In this document: positions 48,102 to 58,477 of the stretch, piece after piece | How positions within the stretch are numbered: position 1 is the stretch's first letter | Layout: each line of letters opens with the position of its first letter | Origin: an uncultured Candidatus Rokubacteria bacterium | GTDB taxonomy: Bacteria > Methylomirabilota > Methylomirabilia > Rokubacteriales > CSP1-6 | Length of the DNA: 64,000 bases | Assembly (NCBI GenBank): GCA_963754315.1 | Contig: CAVWFS010000014.1 | Span: forward strand, 128,001 to 192,000 | Direction: 5' to 3' | Notes under the pieces: model-generated | Told to the model about the DNA's origin: nothing | The model's input: the letters and a program-made list of their open reading frames with translations, nothing else | Databases searched by the model: none | Made by a program: the position numbers and the translations under genes

Positions 48102-50245
48102 GCTGGGGCTTCGATCTCGAGGCTCAAATCCAGGGCCTTCGCCGAATGAGTGAGGGCGCCCGATGAAATCAGATCGACACCCGTCTCGGCACGCTCGCGG
48201 ACGGTCTCCAGGGTGACGTTGCCAGAGCACTCGGTGAGGGCTCGCCCTCCGATCCGGCGGACGGCTTCCCGCATGTCCTCGTTCGACATGTTGTCGAGCA
48301 GGATGACGTCCGCCCCTCCGGCCAGGGCGGCGTCGATCTCGCCGAGGGAGGTCACCTCGACCTCGACCCGCATCGTGTGGGGAACGCGCCGCCGGATGGT
48401 GCGGACGGCCTCGGCCAGATCTCGGCCCTCCGCACGCAAGGCGGCCAGGTGATTGTCCTTTAGCAGGACGGCATCAGCCAGGTTGAAGCGATGGTTGTAG
48501 CCGCCGCCGACGCGCACCGCGTACTTTTCCAAGACCCGCAGCCCTGGCGTCGTCTTGCGGGTGTCGATCAGCTTGGTCGGCAGGCCGCTCAGACGCGCGA
48601 CAAAGGCCCGAGTGATGGTCGCGATGCCGCTCAGGCGCTGCACGAAGTTCAAGGCTGTCCGCTCGCCGGTCAGCAGCGCCCGTGTCGGTCCCTCGATGCG
48701 CGCCGCCACGTCGCCCTTGGCGAACGCGGCGCCATCGGGCAACAAGGCCTCGACCTTGACGGCGCCGTTGACCATGGCCAGCGTCTCGGCGAATACGAGG
48801 CCGCCACACAGCACGCCGTCCTGCTTGGCCAGCAGCACCGCCTGCGACCACTGATCGGCGGGAACGCTGTGCTCGGTCGTCACGTCGCCCCAGCCGATAT
48901 CCTCGTCGAGCGCCCGCTGAACAATGGCCCGCACCTGTCCAAGGGGTGGGTGGACGTGGCTCATCTCGGGCATGTGGCCATCCGTCCCGGGAAGTGAGAG
49001 CATGCGGTCGAGAGCTACCCGGGCGGCGGCCTTCACCCGCTCCGGCACCACGATCTCGTTCAGCACGTGGCCCCCGACCAGGGCCTCCAGGACCCACGCC
49101 AGGTAAGCCGGATGGATTCGATACATGGTCGAGCACGGACAGATCACGGGGTCGAGACAGAAGATGAGCTTGTCGGGATGGTCGGCCGCGAGCCGGTTGA
49201 CCATGTTGATCTCGGTGCCGACCGCCCATTGGCTGCCTGGCGACGCCGCCGAGATCGTCTCGAGGATGAATTCCGTCGATCCGTCCATGTCGGCGGCGTC
49301 CACAACCTCGCGCCGGCACTCCGGGTGCACGATGACGTTGATCCCGGGATACCGGTGGCGCGCCTCCTTGATCTGGCCCACCGTGAACCTTGCGTGGACC
49401 GAGCACCAGCCCCGCCAGAGAATCAGGCGAGCCTGCTCCAGGTCTGCCAGCGAATTTCCGCCGAGCGGTCTGCGCGGATCCCACCGCACCATGACGGCAT
49501 CGGAGAGGCCGAGCTTGACGCCGGTATTGCGGCCGAGGTGCTCGTCGGGGAAGAAGAGCACCCGCTCGCCCCGCTCGAAGGCCCACTGCAACACGCGCGT
49601 GGCGTTCGATGATGTACACACGATACCGCCGCGCTCCCCGCAGAATGCCTTGAGGGCGGCCGCCGAATTCATGTACGTCACCGGGATGACCTTGTCGAGC
49701 ACACCCGTTTCGCTCAGCTGTTTCCAGCAGGAGAGGACCTGGACCTCGTCGGCCATGTCGGCCATCGAGCAGCCGGCGGCCAGGTTGGGCAGGATCACCC
49801 GCTGGTGGTCGCCGGCCAGGATGTCGGCACTCTCCGCCATGAAGTGCACGCCGCAGAAGACGATGTAGTCGGCGTCGCGGCGGCTGGCCGCCTGCTGGGA
49901 GAGCTTGAACGAATCGCCGCGAAAATCCGCCCAGCGGATGATCTCGTCGCGCTGATAGTGATGCCCCAGTATCACGAGCCGAGCACCCAGATCGGCCTTG
50001 GCGCTGGCGATCCGATCGTCGAGTTCCTCTGCCGACATGTCTCGGTAACGCGCGGGAATCTCCGTCTGCAAGGGAGCCGACGTTGGGATCGCGTCCCACT
50101 GGCTGGCCCCAGCGCCGTAGACAGGCAGTCGTGGTTTGTCGGGGCTCGTGTCGTAGGCCCACGGGTCCCATTTGAGCTCGTCGCTACACAGCCCCTTCGC
50201 AGGCGTCGTCTTGACTTGCATCTCGATCGAGGATGAGGCCGTCAT
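48098..50245 (-). CDS. nadA-nadC: Quinolinate synthase NadA fused in frame to quinolinate phosphoribosyltransferase NadC
   Basis: NadA: LGHHYQ, CGVHFMAE, GCSMAD, CSVH, HPEC, C.TM. NadC: ALDED, ERTALN, DTRKTTPG, KDNH, LLDNM, SGALTHS. No stop between them. Confidence 0.85.
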   Translation of the reverse strand: MTASSSIEMQVKTTPAKGLCSDELKWDPWAYDTSPDKPRLPVYGAGASQWDAIPTSAPLQTEIPARYRDMSAEELDDRIASAKADLGARLVILGHHYQRDEIIRWADFRGDSFKLSQQAASRRDADYIVFCGVHFMAESADILAGDHQRVILPNLAAGCSMADMADEVQVLSCWKQLSETGVLDKVIPVTYMNSAAALKAFCGERGGIVCTSSNATRVLQWAFERGERVLFFPDEHLGRNTGVKLGLSDAVMVRWDPRRPLGGNSLADLEQARLILWRGWCSVHARFTVGQIKEARHRYPGINVIVHPECRREVVDAADMDGSTEFILETISAASPGSQWAVGTEINMVNRLAADHPDKLIFCLDPVICPCSTMYRIHPAYLAWVLEALVGGHVLNEIVVPERVKAAARVALDRMLSLPGTDGHMPEMSHVHPPLGQVRAIVQRALDEDIGWGDVTTEHSVPADQWSQAVLLAKQDGVLCGGLVFAETLAMVNGAVKVEALLPDGAAFAKGDVAARIEGPTRALLTGERTALNFVQRLSGIATITRAFVARLSGLPTKLIDTRKTTPGLRVLEKYAVRVGGGYNHRFNLADAVLLKDNHLAALRAEGRDLAEAVRTIRRRVPHTMRVEVEVTSLGEIDAALAGGADVILLDNMSNEDMREAVRRIGGRALTECSGNVTLETVRERAETGVDLISSGALTHSAKALDLSLEIEAPA

Positions 50246-50270
50246 TGCATCGTCCTCCCGCCATCCATCG

Positions 50271-50291
50271 TTAGGGTCAGAATGACCTTTA
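50271..50291. promoter_or_regulatory. NrtR-type operator upstream of nadA
   Basis: 21-bp imperfect palindrome TTAGGGTCAGAATGACCTTTA with GT-N7-AC core. Confidence 0.7.
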
Positions 50292-50327
50292 CTCGGAGTC
50301 ACCGCGAGGCGTGTCGTCGTCATGGTT

Positions 50328-51107
50328 CTAGGAGGTGACCGGCCTCCTGCCGGCCTCGCCGCGGCTGGATCGGAGAGTTCGTCGCGGCCGCAAGGTCTTG
50401 ATGAGACTGGTCGGGTCGCCGGCGCAGCGATAAAGGGCTGGTGGCCGGTGACGTCCGCCCGAGACGAGCCCGCCGGTGGGCACAATGGTGCCAGCCGCCT
50501 CCACCCGCCGACGGAAGTTCGTGGGATCGATACGGCGCCCCAGGATCACCTCGTAGACAGCCCGCAGCTGCGCCATGGTGAAGGCCGCGGGCAGGAACTG
50601 GAACGCCACGTGGGCGTACTCCACCTTGCTGCGCAGGCGGTGGAGGGCGTGGTGGAGGATTTCGTCATTGTCGAACGCCATGTCGGTCGGCAACTCGTCG
50701 ACCGGAAACCAGGCGGCCTCCATCGTCTTGCGACCGGGGGCGATCTCGGTGTCATCGGTGCGGACCAACGCGTAGTAGGCCACGACGGCCGCCTCCAACT
50801 GGCGCGCCTCGTCGCACAGCTCGAACGTGTAGAGCTGCTCTAGGTAGGAGGCCCGCAAGGCGGTCTTCTCGGCCAACTGCCGCCAGGCCGCCTCGTCGAG
50901 CGCCTCGTCTCCCCAGAGCTTGCCCCCGGGCAGCGACCAGTAGCCCGCGAACGGCTCGACCGCCCGCCGCACCAGCAACACCTGAAGGCGAGATTGTCCA
51001 GCCGCATCGGGACGGATGCTGAAGATCACGACTGCCACCACCACCGAGGCATGCACTCCGGTTGGGCGCGTTCTGGGCGGCGCAAGGACGTCAACCTGGG
51101 TCATCAT
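50328..51107 (-). CDS. nrtR: NrtR-family regulator (Nudix + wHTH)
   Basis: VLLVRR..EPF.G.WSLPGG, YLEQLYTF, MAFD, FT..QLR.VYE.ILG…D..NFRR and RPP.LY motifs. Confidence 0.88.
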   Translation of the reverse strand: MMTQVDVLAPPRTRPTGVHASVVVAVVIFSIRPDAAGQSRLQVLLVRRAVEPFAGYWSLPGGKLWGDEALDEAAWRQLAEKTALRASYLEQLYTFELCDEARQLEAAVVAYYALVRTDDTEIAPGRKTMEAAWFPVDELPTDMAFDNDEILHHALHRLRSKVEYAHVAFQFLPAAFTMAQLRAVYEVILGRRIDPTNFRRRVEAAGTIVPTGGLVSGGRHRPPALYRCAGDPTSLIKTLRPRRTLRSSRGEAGRRPVTS

Positions 51108-51117
51108 CGCTCTCAAG

Positions 51118-51138
51118 TTAAGGTTAGCACAACCATAA
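51118..51138. promoter_or_regulatory. NrtR-type operator upstream of nrtR
   Basis: TTAAGGTTAGCACAACCATAA, GT-N7-AC core, same TTA…TAA frame as 50271-50291. Confidence 0.6.
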
Positions 51139-51239
51139 CATTCTGCAGTCGGCATAGTGGCCTGCCCAGAGGCGCCAAACAGACTCCGCGGGTCGGCGGA
51201 GCGCACTGCGGGGGTGAGCCCCGCCTAGGACGAAGGCCG

Positions 51240-52880
51240 CTACAGCGCGCGCCGGTGCGAGAAGGTGATCTCCTCACTGGTGATGAACTCGAGCAGGACG
51301 GCTTTGCCTTCCTCGTTGGCCTTGCGCGCGCGCTCGAGGGCCGGCACGATCTCGGCCGGCTTTTCGACCCGTTCTGCCTGGCCTCCCATGGCGCGCCCCA
51401 TGTCGGCGTAGTTGCCGCCGATGTCGCGCGTGCGATAGCGATCGTGCGAGACGACCAGGGCGTGCCGTTCGATGGCCATGGCCGAGTTGTTGAGGACGAT
51501 GGTGGTGATCGGAATGCCGCAACGGACGGCCGTCTCGAAGTCGAGCCCGGTCATGCCGAAGGCCGCGTCGCCCATGAAGTTCACGCAGAACTTGTCAGGG
51601 GCGGCCAGCTTGGCGCCCATGATCAGGCCCAGTCCCGTGCCGAGCGCGTGCGACTTGCCCCACCCCATGTAGCCGCGCGGCGCGGTGGTCCGATAGAAGG
51701 GAATCAACTGATCGCGCGGGCTGCCCGAGTCGTGGGTCACGATGGCCTGGCGTGGATTGACCGCGTGCATGAAATCCCAGATGACGCGGTAAGGCGTGAT
51801 GGGGACCTCGTCCGAGGTGAGCTTGGGCATCCACTCCGCGAGCCAGGCTGCGCGCACCTGTTCCACTTCGCCCGGGGCGTCCGTGGTACGCCGTTGCCTG
51901 CCCACGCTGTCCTTCACCGCGTCGATGAACTGGCGCAAGACCAGCTTGGCGTGGCCCAGGATCGGATGCTCGGTGGCATAGCACTTGTTGAGATCGCGCT
52001 CGTCGTTGGTGGCATGAATGATGGTCTTGCCGGGCGGGATGTTCGTGGCCATACCGTGCCGCGTGAAGCTACACCCGACACCGAACACGAGATCGGCCTG
52101 GCGCAGGAAGTGGTAGACCGTTCTCGGCATCACGGGACCGCCCGTTCCCAGCGCGAGAGGATGGTCCTCCGGGAACGCGCCCTTACCCTCCAGTGTGGTC
52201 ATCACCGGCACCTGGAGTAGCTCCGCCAGCTCCAGAAGCTCGTCCGAAGCCTCCGCATACATCACACCCTGTCCGGCATGAATCACGGGGTGCTTCGCTT
52301 GCACGAGGGCCCGCGCGGCGGCGGCCACGTCGGAGGGATTGCCGGCCGGACACGTGGCCTTCACCGGCTTGTAGTTGAGCGCAGCTTCGTTTACCTCCTC
52401 CAGGGCCACGTCGGCCGGGATCTCGACCATGACCGGCCCCGGCCGCCCCATCTTGAGGAGGTTGAACGCGCGCCGCATCACCTCGGCGACCTGGTCCGGC
52501 TGGTTGAGCGTCTCCACCCATTTCGTCACCGAGGCATAGGTGCGGGCCGAGCTGAAGAGCGGGAAAACTTGCGCCCGCTCCCGCTGGTGTCCGAGCGGCA
52601 GCACCAGCATCGGGACCGAATCGGAGTACGCGGTAGCGACGCCGGGGAAGGCGTTCTCGGCCCCCGGGCCGTACTGCATGGCAAACACTCCCGGGCGTCG
52701 GCCATTCGTCGTTCGGGTGTACCCGTCGGCGATTCCGACCCCGACGCGCTCCTGGCGGCACAGCACGGGTCGGATCCCGGCCGCCGCCGCCGCGTCGATG
52801 ACGGGCGTGGTGGGATACGCGCTCAGAAACTCGACGCCTTCTCGCTTCAGGATCTCCGCAACCGCATCGACGATCTTCAT
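51240..52880 (-). CDS. Thiamine pyrophosphate-requiring enzyme (acetolactate synthase-like)
   Basis: RQERVGVGIADG, QYGPGAEN, RPGPV and TPP motif GDAAFGM…NN. Confidence 0.9.
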   Translation of the reverse strand: MKIVDAVAEILKREGVEFLSAYPTTPVIDAAAAAGIRPVLCRQERVGVGIADGYTRTTNGRRPGVFAMQYGPGAENAFPGVATAYSDSVPMLVLPLGHQRERAQVFPLFSSARTYASVTKWVETLNQPDQVAEVMRRAFNLLKMGRPGPVMVEIPADVALEEVNEAALNYKPVKATCPAGNPSDVAAAARALVQAKHPVIHAGQGVMYAEASDELLELAELLQVPVMTTLEGKGAFPEDHPLALGTGGPVMPRTVYHFLRQADLVFGVGCSFTRHGMATNIPPGKTIIHATNDERDLNKCYATEHPILGHAKLVLRQFIDAVKDSVGRQRRTTDAPGEVEQVRAAWLAEWMPKLTSDEVPITPYRVIWDFMHAVNPRQAIVTHDSGSPRDQLIPFYRTTAPRGYMGWGKSHALGTGLGLIMGAKLAAPDKFCVNFMGDAAFGMTGLDFETAVRCGIPITTIVLNNSAMAIERHALVVSHDRYRTRDIGGNYADMGRAMGGQAERVEKPAEIVPALERARKANEEGKAVLLEFITSEEITFSHRRAL

Positions 52881-53083
52881 CGCTCCTCGCAGTCTTTGGA
52901 TTGTGACCAGCATGCCGTCGCCACCGGATCATGGCTCCGGACGGGGCGATCTTCCGCCAGCCGGTGATTTTGTGCAACCCGCCTTGCTCGTCGAGGCCCT
53001 GCTTTCAACCACGCGCCACTATGCCTGCGTGACGTTCCGGCGTAGATTCACAATACATTGCGTCGGAGGAGGTGGCTTGAACC

Positions 53084-54481
53084 ATGACGTCAATCGATCC
53101 TGTGTGGGCGACAGTCGCCGAGCTATCGGGCGCGTTCGCGGCCCGAACGCTGTCTCCGGTCGATGCCGTCGACGCGCTGCTCAAACGTATCCGCCACCGC
53201 AATCCTGACCTGCACGCGTACATCGCCGTCTATGAAGCCGACGCTCGCCTTGCTGCGGAAGCAGCCGACAAGGCCATTCGCGCGGGCCACGGGGTGGGGC
53301 CTCTGCACGGTGTCCCCATCGCGCTCAAGGATCTCGTGGACCTCGAGGGACGGGTCACCACGGGTGGCTCGAAGGTGTGGGCTCGCCGCGTGTCGCCGGT
53401 CACCGCGACTCTCGCCAAGCGTCTCGTGGCCGCCGGCATGATCATCCTGGGCAAGACCCACACGGTGGAATTCGCCATGGGCAGCTGGGGGACCAACACC
53501 CACATGGGCACCCCGCGCAACCCGTGGGACCTCACGATGCATCGCACGCCGGGCGGCTCGTCGAGCGGCTCGGGAGTCGCGGTGGCAGCCGGGCTCGCCC
53601 CGGTCGCAATCGGTACCGATACGGGCGGCTCGGTCCGCTTGCCGGCCGCCTGGTGCGGGATCGTCGGGCTCAAGGTGACCGTCGGACGGATCAGCACTCA
53701 CGGAGTACTTCCGCTCAGCTCCACGCTTGACACGCCGGGCCCGCTGGCGCGCTCAGTCGAGGACGCCGCCCTGATCTTCCATACGCTGAACGGACCGGAC
53801 CCGCATGATCGACAGACGCTCGCGTGGGGGAGGATCGATCCCCTACCCGCGCTACGCCGCGGCGTCGGCGGTCTCCGGCTGGCCCTTCTGCCCGAGGCAG
53901 AACGAGCGGGGGTCGAGGCGGAAGTGCTGCGCGCTTACGATACCGCCGTGGAGCAGCTGGCCAACCTAGGGGCCCGCATCGTCCGCCCCACCCTGCCCCA
54001 TCGCCTGGCCGACTATGCGGCCGCCACCGGCCGCATCATCGGCGCCGAAGGCTATCGCTTCGTCGGGCACCTTGTCGACGACGAGACGTTACCAGTCGAC
54101 CCACACGTGCGGCCACGGATTCAGATCGGTCGGGGTGTGTCGGCCCGCGACTATCTCGGGACCCTGGCCGAGCGCGAGGTCCACCAGCGCGAGTTTGCCG
54201 AAGCCCTCGCCGACGTCGATGCGCTCCTGACGCCAACGACCCAGACGCCAGCCATTCCGCTCGACCAGGTGGACCAGGGGGGGACGGCCGCCCACTTCAC
54301 GCGCGCCGGGAACTATCTCGGGCTGTGCGGACTCAGCCTCCCCAATGGCTTCACGACCGGCGGCTTGCCGACGTCATTGCAGATCCTTTGTCATCCTGGT
54401 GAGGAGGCCACTGCCCTGCGCATCGGATGGGCCTACGAGCAGGCCACCAGCTGGCGGCAACGCCGGCCCCCCGAGCCCTAG
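53084..54481 (+). CDS. Amidase signature family protein
   Basis: GPLHGVPIALKD, GGSSSGS and GTDTGGSVRLPA motifs. Confidence 0.92.
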   Translation: MTSIDPVWATVAELSGAFAARTLSPVDAVDALLKRIRHRNPDLHAYIAVYEADARLAAEAADKAIRAGHGVGPLHGVPIALKDLVDLEGRVTTGGSKVWARRVSPVTATLAKRLVAAGMIILGKTHTVEFAMGSWGTNTHMGTPRNPWDLTMHRTPGGSSSGSGVAVAAGLAPVAIGTDTGGSVRLPAAWCGIVGLKVTVGRISTHGVLPLSSTLDTPGPLARSVEDAALIFHTLNGPDPHDRQTLAWGRIDPLPALRRGVGGLRLALLPEAERAGVEAEVLRAYDTAVEQLANLGARIVRPTLPHRLADYAAATGRIIGAEGYRFVGHLVDDETLPVDPHVRPRIQIGRGVSARDYLGTLAEREVHQREFAEALADVDALLTPTTQTPAIPLDQVDQGGTAAHFTRAGNYLGLCGLSLPNGFTTGGLPTSLQILCHPGEEATALRIGWAYEQATSWRQRRPPEP

Positions 54482-54487
54482 CTCGAA

Positions 54488-55952
54488 CTAGGCGGAGGCG
54501 GGCGGGACCTTCTGCTCCTGGCGTCGGAGCAGCGGAAGGGCCAGCAGGGGCAGGAGGCCGAGCGCGGCCACCGTGATCATCAGGCGCCCGAGGTTGGCGT
54601 AGTCCTCCTGGCTCACCGCGAACGCGGCGTTGAGGTAGCGCGTGAAGAGCTGACTCGCCGACAGGGCAAGGTTCATGAGCGACGCCATGATCGCGAACAT
54701 GGTGGCCTCGGCACCCGCCGGCGCCGCGCGGGCGATCAGGACGAGCATCGGCACCATGGTGAGCTGCGCCAGAGGCGCCGAGATGGTCGTGTCCACGAAT
54801 GCCAAGGTATGCGCGCTCACGCCGATCCATTCGTGCAGGCCATAGAAGAGCCCGATGGTCGGCAGGTACAGGATCGTGGACGCCACGACCACCCAGAAGA
54901 GCGTGAAGCTCACCGGCTGGCGCACGATGGTGCGCCGGAAGACGATCAGGCCGAGAAGGCTCACGACCGAGCTGACCTGGGCGAGGAGGCCGAGGAAGCG
55001 TTGGTCGAACCCCAGGCGGTCGATGGCCCAGAAGCTGTAGCCCTGGCCGACGGCAGGTGTCGCCCGGAACAAGAAAATCACGACCGCCGCGATCACGACC
55101 GGCCGTGACACGCCGACCCGCCTCAGAAGAACGCCGATCAGGGCGCCGGATACGACGAGCACGATCTCCTCGGTGAAGGGCACTCCCGTTGCCTGTAAGA
55201 CGGCACTGAAGGCGGCGTAGGCGAGCCCGCCCAGCAGAACGACTCGCGCGTTGCCCCCCGCCAGCGGTCCTTTGTCGGGCGGCGGCGCGAGCCGCGTCGA
55301 TCCACGCGCGAAGGGCAAGGTCGCAATGACCAGCAGCGGCAGGAAGCCGGCTATCGCGAACGTGAGGCGGGCCCCGATCGTCTCAGCCAGCCATCCGCCG
55401 AGGTAGCCAACGCTGATGGTGCCCGCGAGGAGCGCCATTCGACCGAGCGCCTGGATCTGCCCCAGCTCCTCGTCCGACCGGGCAACCTCGACACTCATCG
55501 CGTCGGCCACTGCGTCCTGCACCATGAAACCGGCTGCGACCAACACGCTCGCCAGCAGATACATGGGCTTGGTGTCGACCGTGGTCGCCAGCGCGGCGTA
55601 GCCGGCCAGCGACCCGAGAGCGCCCAGGGACAAATGAAGCACGCCGACTGCGCAGGATCGGATAGCGGTCCGACGCCACACCGGCCACCATTTTCATGCT
55701 CCACGGCAGACCGACCCAGAACGCCACGCTGGCGGCCTCGGCCGGCGTGAGGCTCAGCGTGTCCTTCTCGAAGAAGACGAGGGCGATGGCCGTGATGGCG
55801 CTTGCGCCGTAGCAGAAGTACGTGACGAGGACCGGCAGATAGGCGAGGCGAACGCTGCTGGCCGCCTGGCGGGCGCGTCGGAGCACGATGGTACCGGCCC
55901 CCCAGACGCTTCGCGTTTCGCTCGTCGGCGCAAGCTCAGTTCGATCTGCCAT
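54488..55952 (-). CDS. BT1/folate-biopterin-like MFS transporter, frameshift ~55640
   Basis: LPWSMK..G..SD.YPI..SRR in one frame; QD.VADAMSVE…AP.G.EAT.FA.M.S..NL in the next. Confidence 0.75.
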
Positions 55953-55990
55953 CCGCTCATGGTACCTCGCCGGGGACGAGCAGCCGGCAC

Positions 55991-56371
55991 CTAGAGCGTG
56001 GCGATCGCCTCGATCTCGACCCGGGCGCGGCCCACGAGCGCCACACACTGCAGGGTCGTCCGGGCCGGCGGATCGGTGGGGAAATACTGGTTGAAGACGC
56101 CGTTCATCTCCATCAGCTCCTTGATGTCCACCAGGTAGATGGTGACCTTGACGACTTTTTCGAGCGATGACCCTGCTGCCTCCAGGACCGCCTTGAGGTT
56201 CTCGCACACCTGGCGGGTCTCGGCCACGATCCCGCCCGACGCCAGCGCGCCCGTCGTCACGTCGAGGCCGAGCTGGCCCGATGCGAACACCCATTCCCCG
56301 ACCTTGATGGCCTGGGAGAGCGGCACGCGCGCGGGTGGCACCTTCGCGGTATGAATGACTTGCTTATGCAT
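55991..56371 (-). CDS. RidA/YjgF family protein
   Basis: PLSQAI, SGQLG, VKVTIYL, PPART and VEIEAIA motifs; own GAGGAG RBS. Confidence 0.92.
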   Translation of the reverse strand: MHKQVIHTAKVPPARVPLSQAIKVGEWVFASGQLGLDVTTGALASGGIVAETRQVCENLKAVLEAAGSSLEKVVKVTIYLVDIKELMEMNGVFNQYFPTDPPARTTLQCVALVGRARVEIEAIATL

Positions 56372-56421
56372 GGCTCCTCTCACTGTGCGTCTTGATTTTG
56401 CTCCAGCGCTGGCTCCGTGAC

Positions 56422-56830
56422 TCAGCGTCGGCGGCCGAATTGGGCCAAGCCAACGGCGATGTCCGGAAACCGAGCGAGCACCTGCTGATCGGCGGTGACG
56501 AGGGGTACGCCCAGGTCCTGGGCGAGCGTGACGAACTCGCAGTCGTAGGCGGAGCACCGGGAGGCGAGCTGCCAGTTGGAGCACCTGGTCCGACGCTACG
56601 CTGTACTCGTGGCCCCGCATCCAGTGCTCGGCTTCGCGAATCACCCGCAGGGCCGCATCCACCCCGACCACCCCTTGCCTGAGCATGCCGACCATCACGT
56701 TGCAGAACTCGGATCGCCAGAGCAGAGGCGCCGCCCAGATGGGATCGCGGGCGGCCACCGCCTCCGCTTGCTCTGTCCCTTCACCTTCGACGTACAGGTA
56801 GACGAGGAGATTGGTGTCGGCAACAATCAA
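56422..56830 (-). CDS. vapC: PIN-domain VapC toxin, frameshift ~56565
   Basis: MIVADTN…SEF.N; second frame CSAYDCEFV.LAQDLGVPLVTAD, stop at 56422. Confidence 0.85.
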
Positions 56831-57069
56831 GGACGACCCGCCGACTTGAGGGCGACCAGCGTCCGGTCGGTGAGGCGTCGGCCACGCGGGACGATGCGTA
56901 CGGCGCGCGCACGAGCGAGCCAGGTTTCCGGGTCGATCCGGGTGGCGCCCACCGTCGCCTCGAGCGACGCGATGACCTCCAGGTTGAGGCTTCGCCGGTT
57001 AGCGGCTGCGCGCTGGCGGAGCCGATCGAGGAGGGAAGCCGGCAAGTTCTTGATGGTCAGGCTCGCCAT
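56827..57069 (-). CDS. FitA-like ribbon-helix-helix antitoxin
   Basis: MASLTIKNLP..L…L..RAAANRRSLN.EV; overlaps the toxin start by 4 nt. Confidence 0.85.
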   Translation of the reverse strand: MASLTIKNLPASLLDRLRQRAAANRRSLNLEVIASLEATVGATRIDPETWLARARAVRIVPRGRRLTDRTLVALKSAGRP

Positions 57070-57083
57070 CGATAGGTCTCCGA

Positions 57084-57104
57084 GGTTCCGAAATGGTTCC
57101 GAAA
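57084..57104. promoter_or_regulatory. Tandem GGTTCCGAAA repeat, candidate TA operator
   Basis: Exact 10-mers at 57084-57093 and 57095-57104, ~15 nt upstream of the antitoxin ATG. Confidence 0.5.
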
Positions 57105-57181
57105 CGACACCTAGAATACCCCACGGCTCGGTGCGGGGTCAACGCTGTGCTCTCGCGCCGCCGAGAACGGGGGCGCCTTGT

Positions 57182-57580
57182 CTAAGGTGAGGGAATGCCG
57201 TGGCCCCCAAAGAGGGGTACGCAGTCGGCGCCACACGAAGAGGCGGGGTCGGCAGGGGCGCCCGGCTTGTGGAGGACGGCACGGGTCGGGGTGAGCCACA
57301 ACGGCTGACCGGTGGCATCGATGGCGGCGGAGCCGTCGATGATCAGGCTGTAGTCGTCGGCGCTGCGCACGGGAAAGAGGAGGGTCACCATCGGCTTCGC
57401 CTGGGCGTTACGGGCGGTCTGCGTCCCGACCTCGGCGGCGAGGCGGTCGCCTGCCCAGCGCACCGGTGCGTAGGTCACGTGAGGACGGCCGTCTGCGGAT
57501 ACGGTCATCACGTAGGCCCGCTCCCCTCGTTCCTTCACCGCCGCCTCCAGCCTGCTCAGACTCCCGGCCAGCTTGATCAT
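57182..57580 (-). CDS. Pyridoxamine 5'-phosphate oxidase-like (split barrel) hypothetical protein
   Basis: [18 protein letters not shown]…P.VTLL and YSLIIDG.A pattern. Confidence 0.6.
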   Translation of the reverse strand: MIKLAGSLSRLEAAVKERGERAYVMTVSADGRPHVTYAPVRWAGDRLAAEVGTQTARNAQAKPMVTLLFPVRSADDYSLIIDGSAAIDATGQPLWLTPTRAVLHKPGAPADPASSCGADCVPLFGGHGIPSP

Positions 57581-57650
57581 CCACTGCCTCCCTGGATCGG
57601 GCCATCGCCGGCTTGCCGCCGGATCGTCCCCGCCGCTATATACTCTAGCC

Positions 57651-58102
57651 ATGATCGACAAGAAGCCAGACCCCGAGCAGCTCCGGCGCAGGCTTACCCC
57701 CGCCCAGTACGAGGTGACCCAGTGCAGCGCCACCGAGCCGCCGTTCCGCAACGAATTCTGGAATCACCACGAGCCCGGACTGTACGTGGACGTCGTCTCC
57801 GGCGAGCCGCTATTTGCCTCGACCGACAAGTTCGATTCCGGCACCGGCTGGCCGAGCTTCGGGCGCCCGGTAGAAGCGGCGAACGTCACCGAGCACGCCG
57901 ATACGTCGCACGGGATGCATCGGATCGAGATTCGTCCGCCCAGGCCGACTCGCACCTCGGCCACGTCTTCCCCGATGGGCCCGGCCCCACCGGGCTCCGC
58001 TACTGCGTCAACTCGGCGGCCCTCCGCTTCATCGCCGTCGATAAGCTCGAGGCGGAGGGATACGGCAAGTACCGGGCGCTCTTCGAGAAAGCCAAGCCCT
58101 AA
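57651..58102 (+). CDS. msrB: Peptide-methionine (R)-S-oxide reductase, frameshift ~57940
   Basis: [36 protein letters not shown] and RYCVNSAAL motifs. Confidence 0.9.
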
Positions 58103-58134
58103 GCCCTGCGCGGCGGCGTGGCCGGGGTGCCGCG

Positions 58135-58359
58135 TCAGCCCTCGTACTTGAACGAGAGCTGGACGCGCGTTCGATAGGCGACAACCTTTCCGCCCTCCAC
58201 TCTCAGGTCCATCTTGGCGACCTCGGCGATGCGCAGGTCGCGCAGCGACTTCGACGCGGTCTCCACTGCGTTCCTGGCCGCCTCCTCCCAGGACGTCTTG
58301 CTGGTCCCGACGACGTCGATGACCCGGTACACCCCCTCGCTGCCACTCTTCTTGGCCAT
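58135..58359 (-). CDS. Dodecin family protein
   Basis: [28 protein letters not shown]…YR….LSFK; 74 aa. Confidence 0.9.
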   Translation of the reverse strand: MAKKSGSEGVYRVIDVVGTSKTSWEEAARNAVETASKSLRDLRIAEVAKMDLRVEGGKVVAYRTRVQLSFKYEG

Positions 58360-58477
58360 GGGATCCTCCCTCGTGGTGACTGAGCGAATCAGTTCTACGC
58401 CAGCGGCAGGCATAGCACAGACGTCCTGGGAGGACCAGACGGATTCTCTGGCGCGGTTGGAGTAGCATGGGCGGGTT

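Noticed and set aside
55991..56830. Apparent VapC-RidA fusion (279-aa ORF)
   Set aside because: The conserved PIN C-terminus (SAYD…LVTAD) is in another frame with its own stop at 56422, and RidA has its own RBS and ATG. The fusion comes from a frameshift.
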